DNA of 38,168 bases from Octopus sinensis. Lineage: Eukaryota. The stretch spans positions 1 to 38,168 of the forward strand of contig NW_021832206.1 of the NCBI RefSeq assembly GCF_006345805.1. The letters are read 5' to 3'. Under the pieces are notes generated by a model. The model was not told the DNA's origin. It saw only the letters and a list, made by a program, of their open reading frames with translations, and searched no databases. Below, piece by piece: positions 1 to 11,794 of this stretch. Position numbers and translations under genes: made by a program. The first letter of the stretch is position 1, and the number at the start of each line of letters is the position of its first letter.

Positions 1-699
1 ATTGTAAAATAGTGATGTAAAACTTTAGTATCGAGAAATCGCAAGGAAAATATTTAACAAAAAATCTTACAAAAACAGTAAAATTCGGTAAAGGAACTAT
101 CATGAACTATCATGCCATAATCAATATTGGATTTATTAATTTGGTTTTTATAAAAGAGAAGATTGGTGGAGCTTTGCATGTTAACATATTAACGAATAAT
201 ATGATCTCATTTCTGAACAAAATCAAACATAAAGATCCTAGTTTCTAACAAGACAATGATCTGAAACATACTTCGGCAATAGCAAAGAACTTTTTTTCAA
301 GTAAATAATATCAAATTACTACTTGGCCAACACAAAGCCCAGATTTAAACCCTATAGATAATGTTTGGGCCTTTATTAAAGAAAAAATCAAAAGAAGAGA
401 ATTTTTGAAAAAAGAACATTTATTTGCAAAAATGCATCCATTTGGAATTAACTCAAAATAGAATACCGCAAAAAGTCTTATTAATAGCATGCCAGGCCGA
501 ACACTAGATGTAATTAGAGCTAATGGAGGATATAATGGATATTAAATAAATTTGTTCATTTTTTGGGTTCTGAATTATCAATGAATGGAAAACCGTATAA
601 ATATAATATTTTTTTAGACAAACTAAAAGTTATTTTTTAAATATTGTTTCATAGTAAATTCATGAGAAAATGCCTTTTCAATTTTATTTTTGTTCACTG
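1..699 (+). mobile_element. Tc1-family DNA transposon, right half (degenerate transposase C-terminus plus right TIR)
   Basis: QDNDLKHTS and WPTQSPDLNPIDNVW motifs, with stops and frameshifts; ORF ends near 545. Terminal ...TTTTATTTTTGTTCACTG (reverse complement CAGTGAAC...) is followed by TA and matches the opposite-end TIR at 4653-4671 and 17776-17794. Confidence 0.85.
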
Positions 700-947
700 T
701 ATATATTTACTATTTTTTGGGATAATTTAGCTTAAGTAAATAAATTATTTTCGACTAAAAAATATTTTTCCAATGATAGAATAACACAGTATTGCGATAT
801 TTTATTATAATTACTTCTAAACGTTTATTCGTTAATTGTGTTTGAAATTATTTTGAAATTCGTTAAAAAAACTTAACTGGTTGATCTATTGTATTTCGAA
901 AACAATATTACAAAATAACAGCGCATTATTCAAATAATTATTTAAAG

Positions 948-1307
948 TTAAGAAGTTGGTTTAGGAGTTTCTGCAGTTTTGCGAATCATAAATCCACCAG
1001 ATGAAATAATAGCTTTCTGAGTTAATTCTTTTAATTCGTCGTCATTTCCAATTGCAACGACAATGTGACGTGGTTTAATTCTTCTTTTTCCACATTTTAC
1101 TGCTGTATTTCCAGCAAGTTCAAGCATTTCAGCCACAGCATATTCCAATACTGCGCACATATATACTGCGGCAGGAATTCCTACTCGCATTCGGGTTTCA
1201 TGACGGAGACACCGGTGAATGCGTCCAACTGGAAACTGTAACCCGGCCCGAACGGATTTGCTTTTAGCCTTTGACCGTACTTTTCCTCCTTTTCCTCTTG
1301 AAGACAT
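948..1307 (-). CDS. H2A: Histone H2A (divergent, intact, 119 aa)
   Basis: MSSRGKGGK...[13 protein letters not shown]...[11 protein letters not shown]...LELAGN...KRRIKPRH...NDDEL. The true start is the ATG at 1307; the longer ORF-track start runs into a retroelement tail. Confidence 0.95.
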   Translation of the reverse strand: MSSRGKGGKVRSKAKSKSVRAGLQFPVGRIHRCLRHETRMRVGIPAAVYMCAVLEYAVAEMLELAGNTAVKCGKRRIKPRHIVVAIGNDDELKELTQKAIISSGGFMIRKTAETPKPTS

Positions 1308-1315
1308 TATACTCT

Positions 1316-1800
1316 GGAATGGAATGGAAAGTTTTATTGTAAGCAAATCAGAGACTTAGTGAAAAGGTTGGACGAGGTTAAACGAGACGACTGCAAGGAC
1401 AGTCGAGCTCTACCGAGATTCGTCCTAAGAGAGTATACGAGCCGGCCTTTGATTAGAGTCACTCTCTGATTGAGTTTCGGACACGATCCACAAAAGATCG
1501 GACACCTGAGACCTCCGACGAAAGATTCGGATGGAATCGAGGATGACATTCTTGATTAGTGAAAATTTCCCCTCTGCCCAGCTGGGTAGCGGCGCGCGTA
1601 GATCCATCTGTACGCTAGCTTTAACGCATAGCGTCGGATCTTCTCATACTTTTTTAAAATTTTTTCGAATTGGTTTGAATAGTGCCACGCCTCCATCCCA
1701 TACAAGAGACTTGGAGAATCGTCGCGCGAAAGACAAACAGAAAAGTGTCAGGGGCCAATGCATACCCCTCAGGAAGCGAAGGGCCGCAACGGCCTTTTTC
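1316..1800 (-). mobile_element. Non-LTR family A, 3' fragment (ORF2 end, 3' UTR, AATAAA, (TTCCA)n tail)
   Basis: Near-identical to 18458-18944; the tail ends 8 nt upstream of the H2A ATG. Confidence 0.9.
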
Positions 1801-3041
1801 CCCATACCCAGACGACGCAAGTCGTTGAGGTTGGTGCGCAGAGCATGCAGGCCCCTGTCGCCGAGGCTGTGAAACCGAGGCCCGTCAGCCCAATAAGGAA
1901 CGGTACTCAGCAGGCCAAAACGCAGGCGAAGGTAGACTCTCACAACAAGGATGCTCTGTTGGAATTTTATCCAAGCTGTGTCGACGCACTGCTGAACTGG
2001 GAGTCAATCCAAGAAGCTAGAAGAGCTCCTATCAGAGAGGAGCTCGCCAGCAAAATGACCACGCCACTAAAAATCATCGCTGTGAATGCCCGATCTGTCA
2101 AGAGACGGCACCTCGACTTCGTTGAGATGGTAAACAGCGGCCATCCTGACTTAATCGTCGTCAACGAGTCTAAGCTGAAAGAGGTCAATGCTTCGAATTG
2201 CCAGGATACTGCTCCCTTGACCTGAAATGGAGAAATAACTCTACGCCTGGGACTGGGACGACTATCTACTACCTGCAAAATCTCAAGACACGTAACCTCA
2301 AGACTATCGAACGGAACCTATGCGAATTTATCTCGCTAGAGATTAAAACCCAGCGCTTTTGGTTAAAAGTTGGCGGAATATATTGCAAAAAACCTTGCTC
2401 CATGCATCGGTCTTATCGAAGACTTCTTTGTCAGCTCAAATCATTGCCTCCTCATCGGTGATCTAAACTCCAAACACACGCATTGGTTGTCGCGTGACCA
2501 ATCGGGACGGCCGGTTACTTGAAAGAGCGGCAGGTAGGACTAGACGTCTGTGTCCGCACCTCGAAAGCCCGGAACCACCGCTCCCCATTCGGCTGGACAA
2601 CCTTTGCGTAGCACTGAGCTCTCAATCAGTCGCGAATCTTATGGGAGAACCAATAGTACTCGACGATATTGGGAGCGACACCTGCCAATGCAGGTCTGTG
2701 TTCACGTCTCGGTAGACACCCAAATCCGTTGCCCCCACGATACACCCTTTCGAACATCAACTGGGCGCACTACCGTTATGCTCTGAACTTGTTCTTTCGC
2801 AACAACGTACGCCCAGGCAGCTATCAATCTACCTCGGACATCGACAACTCGGGCGCCGAATTGACGGACTTCATGCGACTCTACTTGGAAGCCCACGCTA
2901 GGAGGGTGCGCCCAACTAGCAAGGGCATTACACATCAAAACCCCAAACTTCTCCAACTTCTGGGCGAAAAGAAACGCCTGCGAAACAAGCTCAAACGCTG
3001 TGCCGACCCAACGGACCAAGGTACCCTAAGGTCGGAAATCT
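1801..3041 (+). mobile_element. Non-LTR family A, inverted internal fragment (ORF1 end plus AP-endonuclease domain)
   Basis: Reverse complement of about 20238-21481; IIAVNARS, NESKL, IGDLNSKH and DIGSD motifs. Confidence 0.9.
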
Positions 3042-3067
3042 TTCTTGTGAGTTCAATTTTGTGGTTG

Positions 3068-3420
3068 AGCATCCACCTGAGCGGACACACACCCAGTACC
3101 TAAAACATTAGGGGGGTTGGACGGCCGGCACACGTTTGGGTTTCCCCACCGTGTGCCAACCGTCCTCGGGTGAAACCTTATTTCCTGCCGAGGAAGAAGA
3201 GTCTCCAGTGAGTGCTGAACCCACGTGGGAGGGTCCAGGCTTCTTCTTCCTTTCCTCGTAAATTTTTCCAGAAATTCTTCGAACACCCCCTCTTCGACAT
3301 AGTCTTCTTATTGCTGGCTTAGTAATTCCTTGTATATTGTCAATTAATATCTTTCGAAATCGTTTTGCACCACTCTTTCCTCCTTTGCCACCTTTACCAC
3401 GTCCAGACATTAGGAAAAAT
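3068..3420 (-). mobile_element. Non-LTR family C 5' fragment: H4(1-53)::ORF1 fusion
   Basis: Matches 16203-16548 and the 5' end of the + strand copy from 31521; H4 reads in frame into [19 protein letters not shown]. Confidence 0.85.
3252..3410 (-). other. H4: Histone H4 N-terminal 53 codons, forming the start of family C ORF1
   Basis: [53 protein letters not shown], followed by non-histone sequence. Confidence 0.92.
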
Positions 3421-4671
3421 TAGCTCTAATTACATCTAGTATTTGGCCTGGCATGCTATTAATAAGACTTTTAGCGTATTCTATTTTGAGTTAATTCCAA
3501 ATGGATGATATTTTTGCAAATAAATGTTCCTTTTTCAAAAATTCTCTTCCTTTGATTTTTTCTTTAATAAAGGCCCAAACATTCTCTATAGGGTTTAAAT
3601 CTGGGCTTTGTGTTGGCCATAGTAGTAATTCGATATTATTTACTTGAAAAAAGCTCTTTGCTATTGCCGAAGTATGTTTCAGATCATTGTCTTGTTGGAA
3701 ACTAGGATCTTTATGTTCGATTTTGTTCAGAAATGAGATCATATTATTCGTTAATATGTTAACATACAAAGCTCCACCAATCTTCTCTTTTATCAAAACC
3801 AAATTAATGAATCCAATATTGATTATGGCATGATAGTTCCCTTACCGAATTTTATTGTTTTGTAAGATTGCTTGTTAATATTTTTTCCTTGCGATTTCTC
3901 CATACTAAAGTTCTTACATCACTATTTTACATATTAAATTTACTTTCATCACTTAAAATAACTCGCTCCCGAAATATTTTGAGAGCATATTGCATGTTTG
4001 GCATAGCTTTAATCATTGAAGTTTAGGGTTTTTGGTAAGAAGTGGTCTTTTCGTGGGCGGATATGCATTCAGACCAATTTTTTCGTGGTATTTCTTCTTG
4101 TTTGAGCTGTTACTGATTTCCCTTTTTTTCTGTAAATGTTTTAGTAAATTAAAAACAGTTGAAATTGACATCCACTTTTCAAGCCTCTTTAATTTAAAAT
4201 ATTTTTGACGATTGAGCAATGAATGGTCAACCAGACCCAACTTTTTTGTCCGTCAAGCACTTATTTGAATAGCTTTTGATAATTTGCAATATCGTGCCAA
4301 GCATACTTTTTCGTATATCTTGTATTTCTCTGTATGTTTTTCCAGATTTATACATGCCAATTATTCTGCCTTTTTCTTCAAATGTTCAATGATTGGCTAT
4401 GTAGAGAGGTTACAAATGATTGAATTTGAACGAATTTTAAAAAATAAAACCTTTTTTTGAGATATATAAGTAATTTAAATTTGTTCAGTATTTTTTTGGT
4501 TTTAAATTTTCGATATCATAAAACGGGCATAAATATATATTTATTAAAAAAACTAAAAAAATGTAAATACTTCAATCTATGTTAAAAAAAATAAATTGAG
4601 ACATATTTGCAATATTGTCCAATTGTAAATTTATAAGAAAGAGCATGTTCAGTTTTTATTTTTGTTCACTA
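3421..4671 (-). mobile_element. Tc1-family (DD34E) transposon, 3'-truncated, degenerate
   Basis: 34 residues between the D of QQD and the E of PIENVW; left TIR at 4653-4671. Truncated at ...GTAATTAGAGCTA, where the H4 leader begins. Confidence 0.88.
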
Positions 4672-4899
4672 TAGCTTGTTCATGGTTATAGGTTTTTGTT
4701 TGTTTTCCTGCTATATATTAATTATCCAAGAAATCCGTATTAAACAATTTTTAATTATATATTTTCTAAAATACACAACTAGTATCCTCTTTTTATCTAA
4801 ACGAGGTGCAACATTACATTTTCTACAAACTTCAACAAAAAATTTAAAAATTGTCTCAGAATTATCCAAACAATAAATCATTTTTATTTAAAATACAAA

Positions 4900-5061
4900 T
4901 TATGTTTTTTCACCTCGAATTCTTCTCGATAAATGCATATCGTTTGGCATTATAGTTACTCTTTTTCCGTGAATTGCGCACAAATTACTATCTTCAAAAA
5001 TTCCAACTAGGTAACTCTCTGCCGCTTCTTGGAGAGCGACAATCGCTGACGATTGAAAACG
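4900..5061 (-). pseudogene. H3: Histone H3 C-terminal fragment
   Basis: [53 protein letters not shown]; joined upstream to family A ORF1 through AACG microhomology. Confidence 0.92.
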
Positions 5062-6192
5062 ACTTGCGTCGTCTGGGTATGGGCGTCCGCCACACACGGG
5101 GTTATTAGCGGCCGTACTTTCCAGATAGGCGTGACCGGCTTAGCTTTTACCATTACCTGCGGTTGGGTTAGGAGACCGAGGCATTGCTTCTGCGCGGGCG
5201 GCCCATTTAGCTGCTGTTGCAGCTTTGGCCGTCGGGCATCCACCATACGAAGCGCGAGTGGCCGGGGCGGTCACAATTGATACAATGCCGACCGCAGGCT
5301 CCACTGGACTTTGTTTGCTGCCTGGGCATTCCCTTCGGTCGTGGTCCTTGCCGCAGTATAAGCACCGGGCTTTTTCTTGACAGTTACGGGACAGGTGTCC
5401 GAATCTCTGACAATGGAAACATCGGACGACAGGAGGTCTGAACCATTCACAGGTGATAAGGCAGAAACCAGCTGTGATTCCGGCGCGGATCAAAGAAGTA
5501 GCTTCAGCTCGTGAGTCAAGCGTCAGCTTAGCAACTGGGATGTCGAGACCATCTCGCGTGAATAGCTCGAGACGAACACCGAACTGAGGGTTTCCTTCAG
5601 TGCAGCTCTAGGTCCCGATTGGAGATCCATCGCGGAATCCCCTTTAGGACTAGTGCTGACTTTTGCGGAGTAACTAAGGCAAGTTTATGGCCGCCTTCGC
5701 CAAACGGGTTCAATCTTGCAAGCTCAGCCGAGAATGCATCAGCATCTCCGGGGCTCCTGACTCAAGAGTGAAGGAGCCTGAGCGTTGTAATGTAATCCGT
5801 GCTTTGGAGGCAGTTGGCGACTTGGATAGGAGGTTAAACCTCTTGATCTTTCCAAGTGCCGGGTTATTAATGCTCAGAGTGAATGTGAGGCCTGAGCTGT
5901 TAAGGTCAGACCTCGGGGGTTCGGTGAATTCTTCAACTTTGGAGGGCTCTCCTTGAACCATCTGGACCGTCGGAGCACCTCCACTTCGACATAGATTTCT
6001 TATTGCAGACAATTGTTCGGTGGAATCTTCTTCAACTTTGATGGAAACATGTTGAACCGTCTGATCCGTCAGAACACTCCCACTTCGACATAGGTTTCTT
6101 ATTGTAGACAATTGTTTCCTTGGAACTTTTGTTCTTTTTTGTCCTTCAGTGTTTGCTTTTGCGTTTTCTTTTGAGTTTTTCTTAGGTGCCAT
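5058..6192 (-). mobile_element. Non-LTR family A ORF1 (gag-like, three zinc knuckles), 3'-truncated
   Basis: MAPKKNSK... start; CFHCQRFGHLSRNC and CLYCGKDHDRREC; near-identical to 21456-22594. Confidence 0.9.
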
Positions 6193-6238
6193 TGACAATT
6201 TTTTCCTAGACTTTGAGTTTTTCTTCTTCGTCCAAGTT

Positions 6239-6868
6239 GGAATGGAATGGAAAGTTTTATTGTAAGCAAATCAGAGACTTAGTGTAAAGGTTGGACGAGG
6301 TTAAACGAGACGACTGCAAGGACAGTCGAGCTCTACCGAGATTCGTCCTAAGAGAGTATACGAGCCGGCCTTTGATTAGAGTCACTCTCTGATTGAGTTA
6401 CATGAGCCTGTATGCTTCTGAGCCTGTATGCTTCTGAGCCTGTATGCTTCTGAGCTTTCTGGGCTTCTGAGCCTGTATGCTTCTGAGCTTTCTGGGCTTC
6501 TGAGCCTGTATGCTTCTGAGCTTTCTGGGCTTCTGAGCCTGTATGCTTCTGAGCTTTCTGGGCTTCTGAGCCTGTATGCTTCTGAGCTTTCTAGGCTTCT
6601 GAGCCTGTATGCTTCTGAGCTTTCTGGGCTTCTGAGCCTGTATGCTTCTGAGCCTGTATGCTTCTGAGCCTGTATGCTTCTGAGCTTTCTGGGCTTCTGA
6701 GCCTGTATGCTTCTGAGCTTTCTGGGCTTCTGAGCCTGTATGCTTCTGAGCTTTCTGGGCTTCTGAGCCTGTATGCTTCTGAGCCTGTATGCTTCTGAGC
6801 CTGTATGCTTCTGAGCTTTCTGGGCTTCTGAGCCTGTATGCTTCTGAGCCTGTATGCTTCTGAGCTTT
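6239..6868 (-). mobile_element. Putative non-autonomous element: satellite plus family A 3' UTR and tail (copy 1)
   Basis: About 160 bp of the A 3' end (6239-6399) fused to satellite at the same junction as 22658-23340; both copies share the variant AGTGTAAAGG. Confidence 0.65.
6403..6868. repeat. Tandem minisatellite of 16-mer CTGAGCCTGTATGCTT and 17-mer CTGAGCTTTCTGGGCTT (33-bp higher-order unit)
   Basis: Directly visible. Confidence 0.97.
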
Positions 6869-7169
6869 TGGTCAAAAATATTTCTGTACCAGTCTCTTGT
6901 TCTTTACAATAAAAAATTCTGTTCTGTTATTTGTCATTTTATAATATTTATCTTGACAAAATAGATTTTGAGATAGAATTCAAATATTTTTTTTGAATTT
7001 TTTTCCAAGTCCGAAAGTATACCAGCTAGGCTCGGTACACCCTAGGCCTGTGACATAATAATTTATAAAAATAATATAGCAATAATTAAATTCGTGTTCA
7101 GTTTAAAAAAATCTAGAAAAAAAAATATAACAATAATGATTAAAATTTGGTAAAATTGATCATTTTAGA

Positions 7170-7380
7170 TTTTAGGGCGCTAAAATACAAGATCGCCAAA
7201 TCCGGGAACAAATAAATAAAATTTTGCAATAAGAATATAAAGAATAGAACTTTCTATCAAAAAATAAGGTGAAATTCAATGAATAAAGATAAATGAGAAG
7301 ATTTCAAATAAGCGATATAAACAGATTGAAAGAATAAACTCGCAAATATTACAAAATGATGAAATTTCAGATAATTTATT
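7170..7380. repeat. AT-rich dispersed duplicate of about 28237-28446
   Basis: TTTAGGGCGCTAAAATACAAGATCGCCAAATCCGGGAACAAAT... at both sites; 6887-6952 similarly matches about 27775-27840. Confidence 0.85.
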
Positions 7381-7583
7381 TCAGCCGAACCTGTGCTTCT
7401 GCAAGTTGAATGAATGAATGAATTAAGTTTATTGTAAATTAACAGAGAAAGAGAAAGTGACAGGAATTAAAGACGGTGATAGGACGAGACTGATGCCAAG
7501 GCATCTGAACTCTTCTGAGCTTGCGTCCAATTCATCTGTCGTGAGCCAGAGTAGGTTCATTAATTTTTGACGAGTGCAGAGAG

Positions 7584-10177
7584 TTACCGGTCGATAAACA
7601 GGTCGGTCACTTGGGATCTCCTCCGGAAAGACCGGATAGATTTCTCAATGACCTGTCGTATCTCCAGGGACCTGTTCTCCGCCCAGCTTGGGACGGGGCC
7701 TCGTGGGTCAAGCCTATAAGCTAGCTTCAGCGCGTAGCGTCGGATTTTCTCGCATTTCCTGTAAATTTTTTCGAGATCTTTCGAGTAGTACCATGCTTCC
7801 ATTCCGTACAGCAAGCTGGGTAGGATGGTTGCATGGAACACAAAGAGGAATGTATTAGGATCCAGATGCATGCTTCTTAAGAGGCGGAGAGCCGCAATGG
7901 CTTTTGCTCTCTTTTTCTTTACATGCAGACGGTAGCCCGAGTTAGCGTCGATCGTAAGCCCCAGGTAGCGTATGCAGCTGGGGCGTCCAATTTCGGCTAG
8001 GGGCCCAGAGCTCTGATCTGATGACTTTTTCGAGTTGATTTGTAGGAAAGCGGATTTATCCATTGCTAACGAGAGCTGTTTGCTGGCGCACCACTCCTTT
8101 ATTACCTCAATGTAGGTGAAAAGCCTCTTTTCTGAGGCCATCACATCTTTTGAGGTGTCAAGGATAAGGACGTCATCAGCATAGAGAAGTAGATTTGTCC
8201 GAGGGTCCCGGGGCAAAGGGAAACTGCTCATAACCAGATTGAAAAGAAGTGGACTGAGGCAGGACCCCTGCGGAACCCCTCTTCGGAGTGAAATATCTCT
8301 TGAGCGGAAACCAGATTCGGAGATAAACGAGTATCTTTCGGAAAGAAAGCAGCGCAGCCAGAGGTAGAGTTCCGCTGTAGGCACACAGAGTTGGATCCTT
8401 TCCAGTAGGTCTCTGTGCCAGACGGTGTCGAAAGCTTTTGAAATGTCCAGACATACAAGAGATAGAGTTTCTTTAAATTCCATTGCTCTCGAAATCATGG
8501 ACTGTACCGTTATGAAACAGTCACTGCAGCTACGCCCAGAACGAAAACCCCATTGCTGCGTTAGCAGCACTCTCTTTTCTTCGGAGTGGAAGTCAAGGCG
8601 CTGGCCATGATTTTTTCCATCAGCCTTGAGATAGTTGGGATTAGGCTTATGGGACGATAGCTGCTAGCGAGGTTCACAGGCTTCGCAGGCTTTTTGATCA
8701 TCCGGACCTCTGAGATTTTCCATTTTCCCGGCACATGGCCCCACTTGAGACTTGCCGTAAACAGATCCGCAAGGAACACATGTAGGTCTTCGGAGGCTTC
8801 CTTAAACAGCCGCATCGGTATTTTGTCGTGGCCTGGTGCGTTGCCTTTTGACGAACGGATGGCCCAGGTCACCTCTGCAGTGGTGATCGGTTGATGTTCC
8901 GACGACAGTGCGCGCGGCAGTGGCTCCGACTCCCTGCCTTGCGGCGTTTTTGGATTGGCCTCCTGGATAATGGCCAGGTGTTCTGCGAAAATGTTCGGGA
9001 TTTCCTGTGGCGAGGCGGGCATACCAAATTGGTTGCACAGTCTCGGGGTGAGGATTTTCCTTCGAGGTTAGCCACTTTGCGGAAACAGTCCCAGAAATTT
9101 GGGTTTCTGTAGTCTAAGTTTTGACAAGCCTTTTGCCATTTCCTGGCAGTTTCCAGCTTTGTCACGACTTGAACTTCATAGCCAATTTTCGAGATCATGT
9201 TTTTAAGTCTACCCCTGTCAGTGGGGTCAACACAGCGTTTGAGTTTGTTTCTCAGCCGCTTTCTCTCATTGAGGAGAAGTTTCACCTTCGTGCTTAGAGT
9301 AGATCTTCGTAGGCGGTCAGCACACGGCACTGTTCCGTACGATTTTAGATAATGGCGCATGAAATTTGTTAGCTCATCGCTTGCGTAGTCGATGTCGCTG
9401 GCAGTGTTGTAGTATGTAAGGTGAGTGTTCACAAGTAGGAATGCACTCATGGAGCTTCTATAGTGTGGCCAGTTGATTCTTGAAAGACTGTAGCCTGTGG
9501 ATACGTGTTCTTGTTTAATAGAGCTAGAGTGAATTTTGATCTCCATAGGAAGGTGATCACTTCCGATATCGTCAAGCACAGTAGGCTTTTCCATAATGGT
9601 AGCGATCGAGTGAGAACAGATGCACAGGCATAGGTTGTCCTCGCCGTAGGGCGATTGGTGGTTCGGCACTTCAGATGTCCTGACGAAAACACCAAGTTTG
9701 TCAGTGATCTTCTTCAGTGTTCGACCATCCTGGTTGCTTAATCGACATCCAACGCCGTATGCTTCGAGTTTAGGTCTCCGATAAGAAGGCAGTGAGCGGT
9801 ATTTGAGAAGAAATCGTTAATCAGACTGGTGCAGGGAGGAAGATATTTGCAGTATATTCCACCGATTTTTAGCCAGAAAGATTCTGTTTTCACCTCAAGG
9901 ATAGGAATTCACACAGTGTCCCCTCGATGATAGTGAGGTTACGGACTTTGAGATTTTCGCTGTAGAAGATGCTCGAACCAGTCCCAGGCGTAGAGCAGCT
10001 ACCCCATTTAAGATCCACTGACCGGTAGCCTGGGAGCTGGTAAGAGTCATCTTCTTTGAGCTTCGACTCGTTGACGACAATAATGTCTGGATGGCCGCTG
10101 TTCACCATCTCAACGAAGTCGTGATGCCGTCTCTTGATAGAACGGGCATTCACAGCGATTATTTTGATCGTGGCTAT
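7584..10177 (-). CDS. Family B ORF2: AP endonuclease plus reverse transcriptase (several frameshifts)
   Basis: IIAVNARS, NESKL, DIGSDHLP; YRPISL, LDISKAFD, GVPQGSCLSPLLFN, YADD, YLG. No RNase H seen. Confidence 0.9.
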
Positions 10178-11403
10178 GTTGGTGAATTGCTCCTTTCTAG
10201 CAGGAGCTCTTGCACCATATTCAAACTTATTCCAGCCTTGGTCAGGGTGTCTACCCAACGGCAGAAGGATTCCAGTAGGGAATCTCTGTTGTGTAGGTCC
10301 TCTCCCTTCTTATGGGGGAGAACCGAGCGGACCACTTCTGAGTTATGGGACTCATTAGTGTTTGACTTCGAGCTTGTTTGAGACCTGGGGGTCGGCGACG
10401 TCTGAATAGAGACATCGACTTTCAACGGACTTTGGGGAGACCCTTTTGTCCAGACTGATTCCATCCGTTCGGCTTTTACCCAGCGTACTTGGCTTTTAAT
10501 CTGTGGGCTCTTCGCAACCCTTAAGGCTGCTGTTGCTGCTTTGGCAGAAGGACATCCACCGTAGCACGCCAAGTGCCCAGTGTTCTTGCAGTTAATGCAA
10601 GTTTTTGCAGCTGGGACACTTGGTTTCGGCTTGGAACTCGGGCAGTTTTGGTGCCTGTGTTCTTTACCGCAGAGAAGACAACGGAGTTTTTCGGAGCATC
10701 TGTAGGACGTATGTCCAAACTGATTGCAACGGAAGCATCTCGTTGCTGACGGCTTGTGCCATTCGCAGCGGATATGGCTGAAGCCCGCAGTTATTCCAAA
10801 GCGGATGAGGGTGTTGGCCTCGGCTCTGGAATCCAGTGTGAGTCTGCCGACAGGCATGTCGGTTCCATTGCGAGAGAATCTTTCGAACTTGAAGTCAGAT
10901 TCTAGACTTTCTCTCAAGTGGAGGTTAAGATCCTCTGTCGAGATCCAATGAGGGATTCCTTTAAGGACCAAGACTAAGGCCTTCTCGGCTACTGAGGCAA
11001 GTTTATGGCCGCCTTCGCCAAACATATTTGATTGAGACAGCTCTGCTTTGAAAGCAGCAGCATCCTCGGGCGATCTGAATTTTAGAATGAAGGTGCCGGA
11101 CTTCTGTAAAGTTATCCGAGCTTTGGAGGCAGTTGGCGACTTGGATAGGAGGTTAAACTTCTTGATCTTTCCAAGTGTCGGGTTTTCGATACACAGGGAA
11201 TATGTGAGGGTCTGATGGGATTGGGTCTCACTCTGTTTTTGAGGCCCAGTAGACTTCGGCAGTTCTGTGGGATCTTCAGCTTTGATTGGTTCGCAAAAGG
11301 GCTGTGGCTTTGCCGCTGTTCGTCTTTGAGCTTTGGAGCAAGCTTTGATTGATGAGAGATTTTGATTATTCTTAACCATTTTTTCTTTCTTTTCCTTGAC
11401 CAT
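10174..11403 (-). CDS. Family B ORF1, gag-like nucleic-acid-binding protein
   Basis: Uninterrupted ORF with CFRCNQFGHTSYRC, CLLCGKEHRHQNC and CINCKNTGHLACYGGC; homologous to A ORF1. Start codon uncertain. Confidence 0.9.
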   Translation of the reverse strand: MVKEKKEKMVKNNQNLSSIKACSKAQRRTAAKPQPFCEPIKAEDPTELPKSTGPQKQSETQSHQTLTYSLCIENPTLGKIKKFNLLSKSPTASKARITLQKSGTFILKFRSPEDAAAFKAELSQSNMFGEGGHKLASVAEKALVLVLKGIPHWISTEDLNLHLRESLESDFKFERFSRNGTDMPVGRLTLDSRAEANTLIRFGITAGFSHIRCEWHKPSATRCFRCNQFGHTSYRCSEKLRCLLCGKEHRHQNCPSSKPKPSVPAAKTCINCKNTGHLACYGGCPSAKAATAALRVAKSPQIKSQVRWVKAERMESVWTKGSPQSPLKVDVSIQTSPTPRSQTSSKSNTNESHNSEVVRSVLPHKKGEDLHNRDSLLESFCRWVDTLTKAGISLNMVQELLLERSNSPT

Positions 11404-11452
11404 GATATTCAATCCGATATTCAATCCGATATCCGAATCCGAAACCGGTAAT

Positions 11453-11794
11453 ATGTCTGAGAACATTGGTCAATACGACTTGATTAAATTCGGAACAACC
11501 ATGTCAAAAAGAACTCCTCGCGAAAACGGCATGATAGTCAGCCGTGGTGTAACGATGTTCCACAACCCCCCAAGTGAGGAAGATTGGGGAGACATAGCAA
11601 ACAGTCTGCTTGGTGTTTCCATCAACACTACGTACATGGAAAATTCACCTATATATTCATTAGCTGAGAAAATAGAAAATTCGAGTTCATGGGATGAAGG
11701 CCTAGCTGTTGCTTTTCTGTACGAATACATCAAGACGTTACGTGTAGCCTGCGAAGTCGAGATAGATCAGATTGTCTTTTCAAGAAGGACCTGA
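11453..11794 (+). other. Unidentified ORF (113 aa), antisense within the region 5' of B ORF1
   Basis: Open frame with protein-like composition; no motif recognised. Confidence 0.25.

Noticed and set aside
1316-1330. GGAAT repeats as centromeric satellite or telomere
   Set aside because: Only 2-3 units, always at the family A 3' end.
4900-5097. Functional ORF1::H3 fusion
   Set aside because: Single occurrence at a microhomology breakpoint of a duplicated block; the track ORF upstream of the H3 part is not the A ORF1 reading frame.
6403-6868. CRISPR-like regular repeat
   Set aside because: No unique spacers, no cas genes and a eukaryotic context; it is a two-unit minisatellite.
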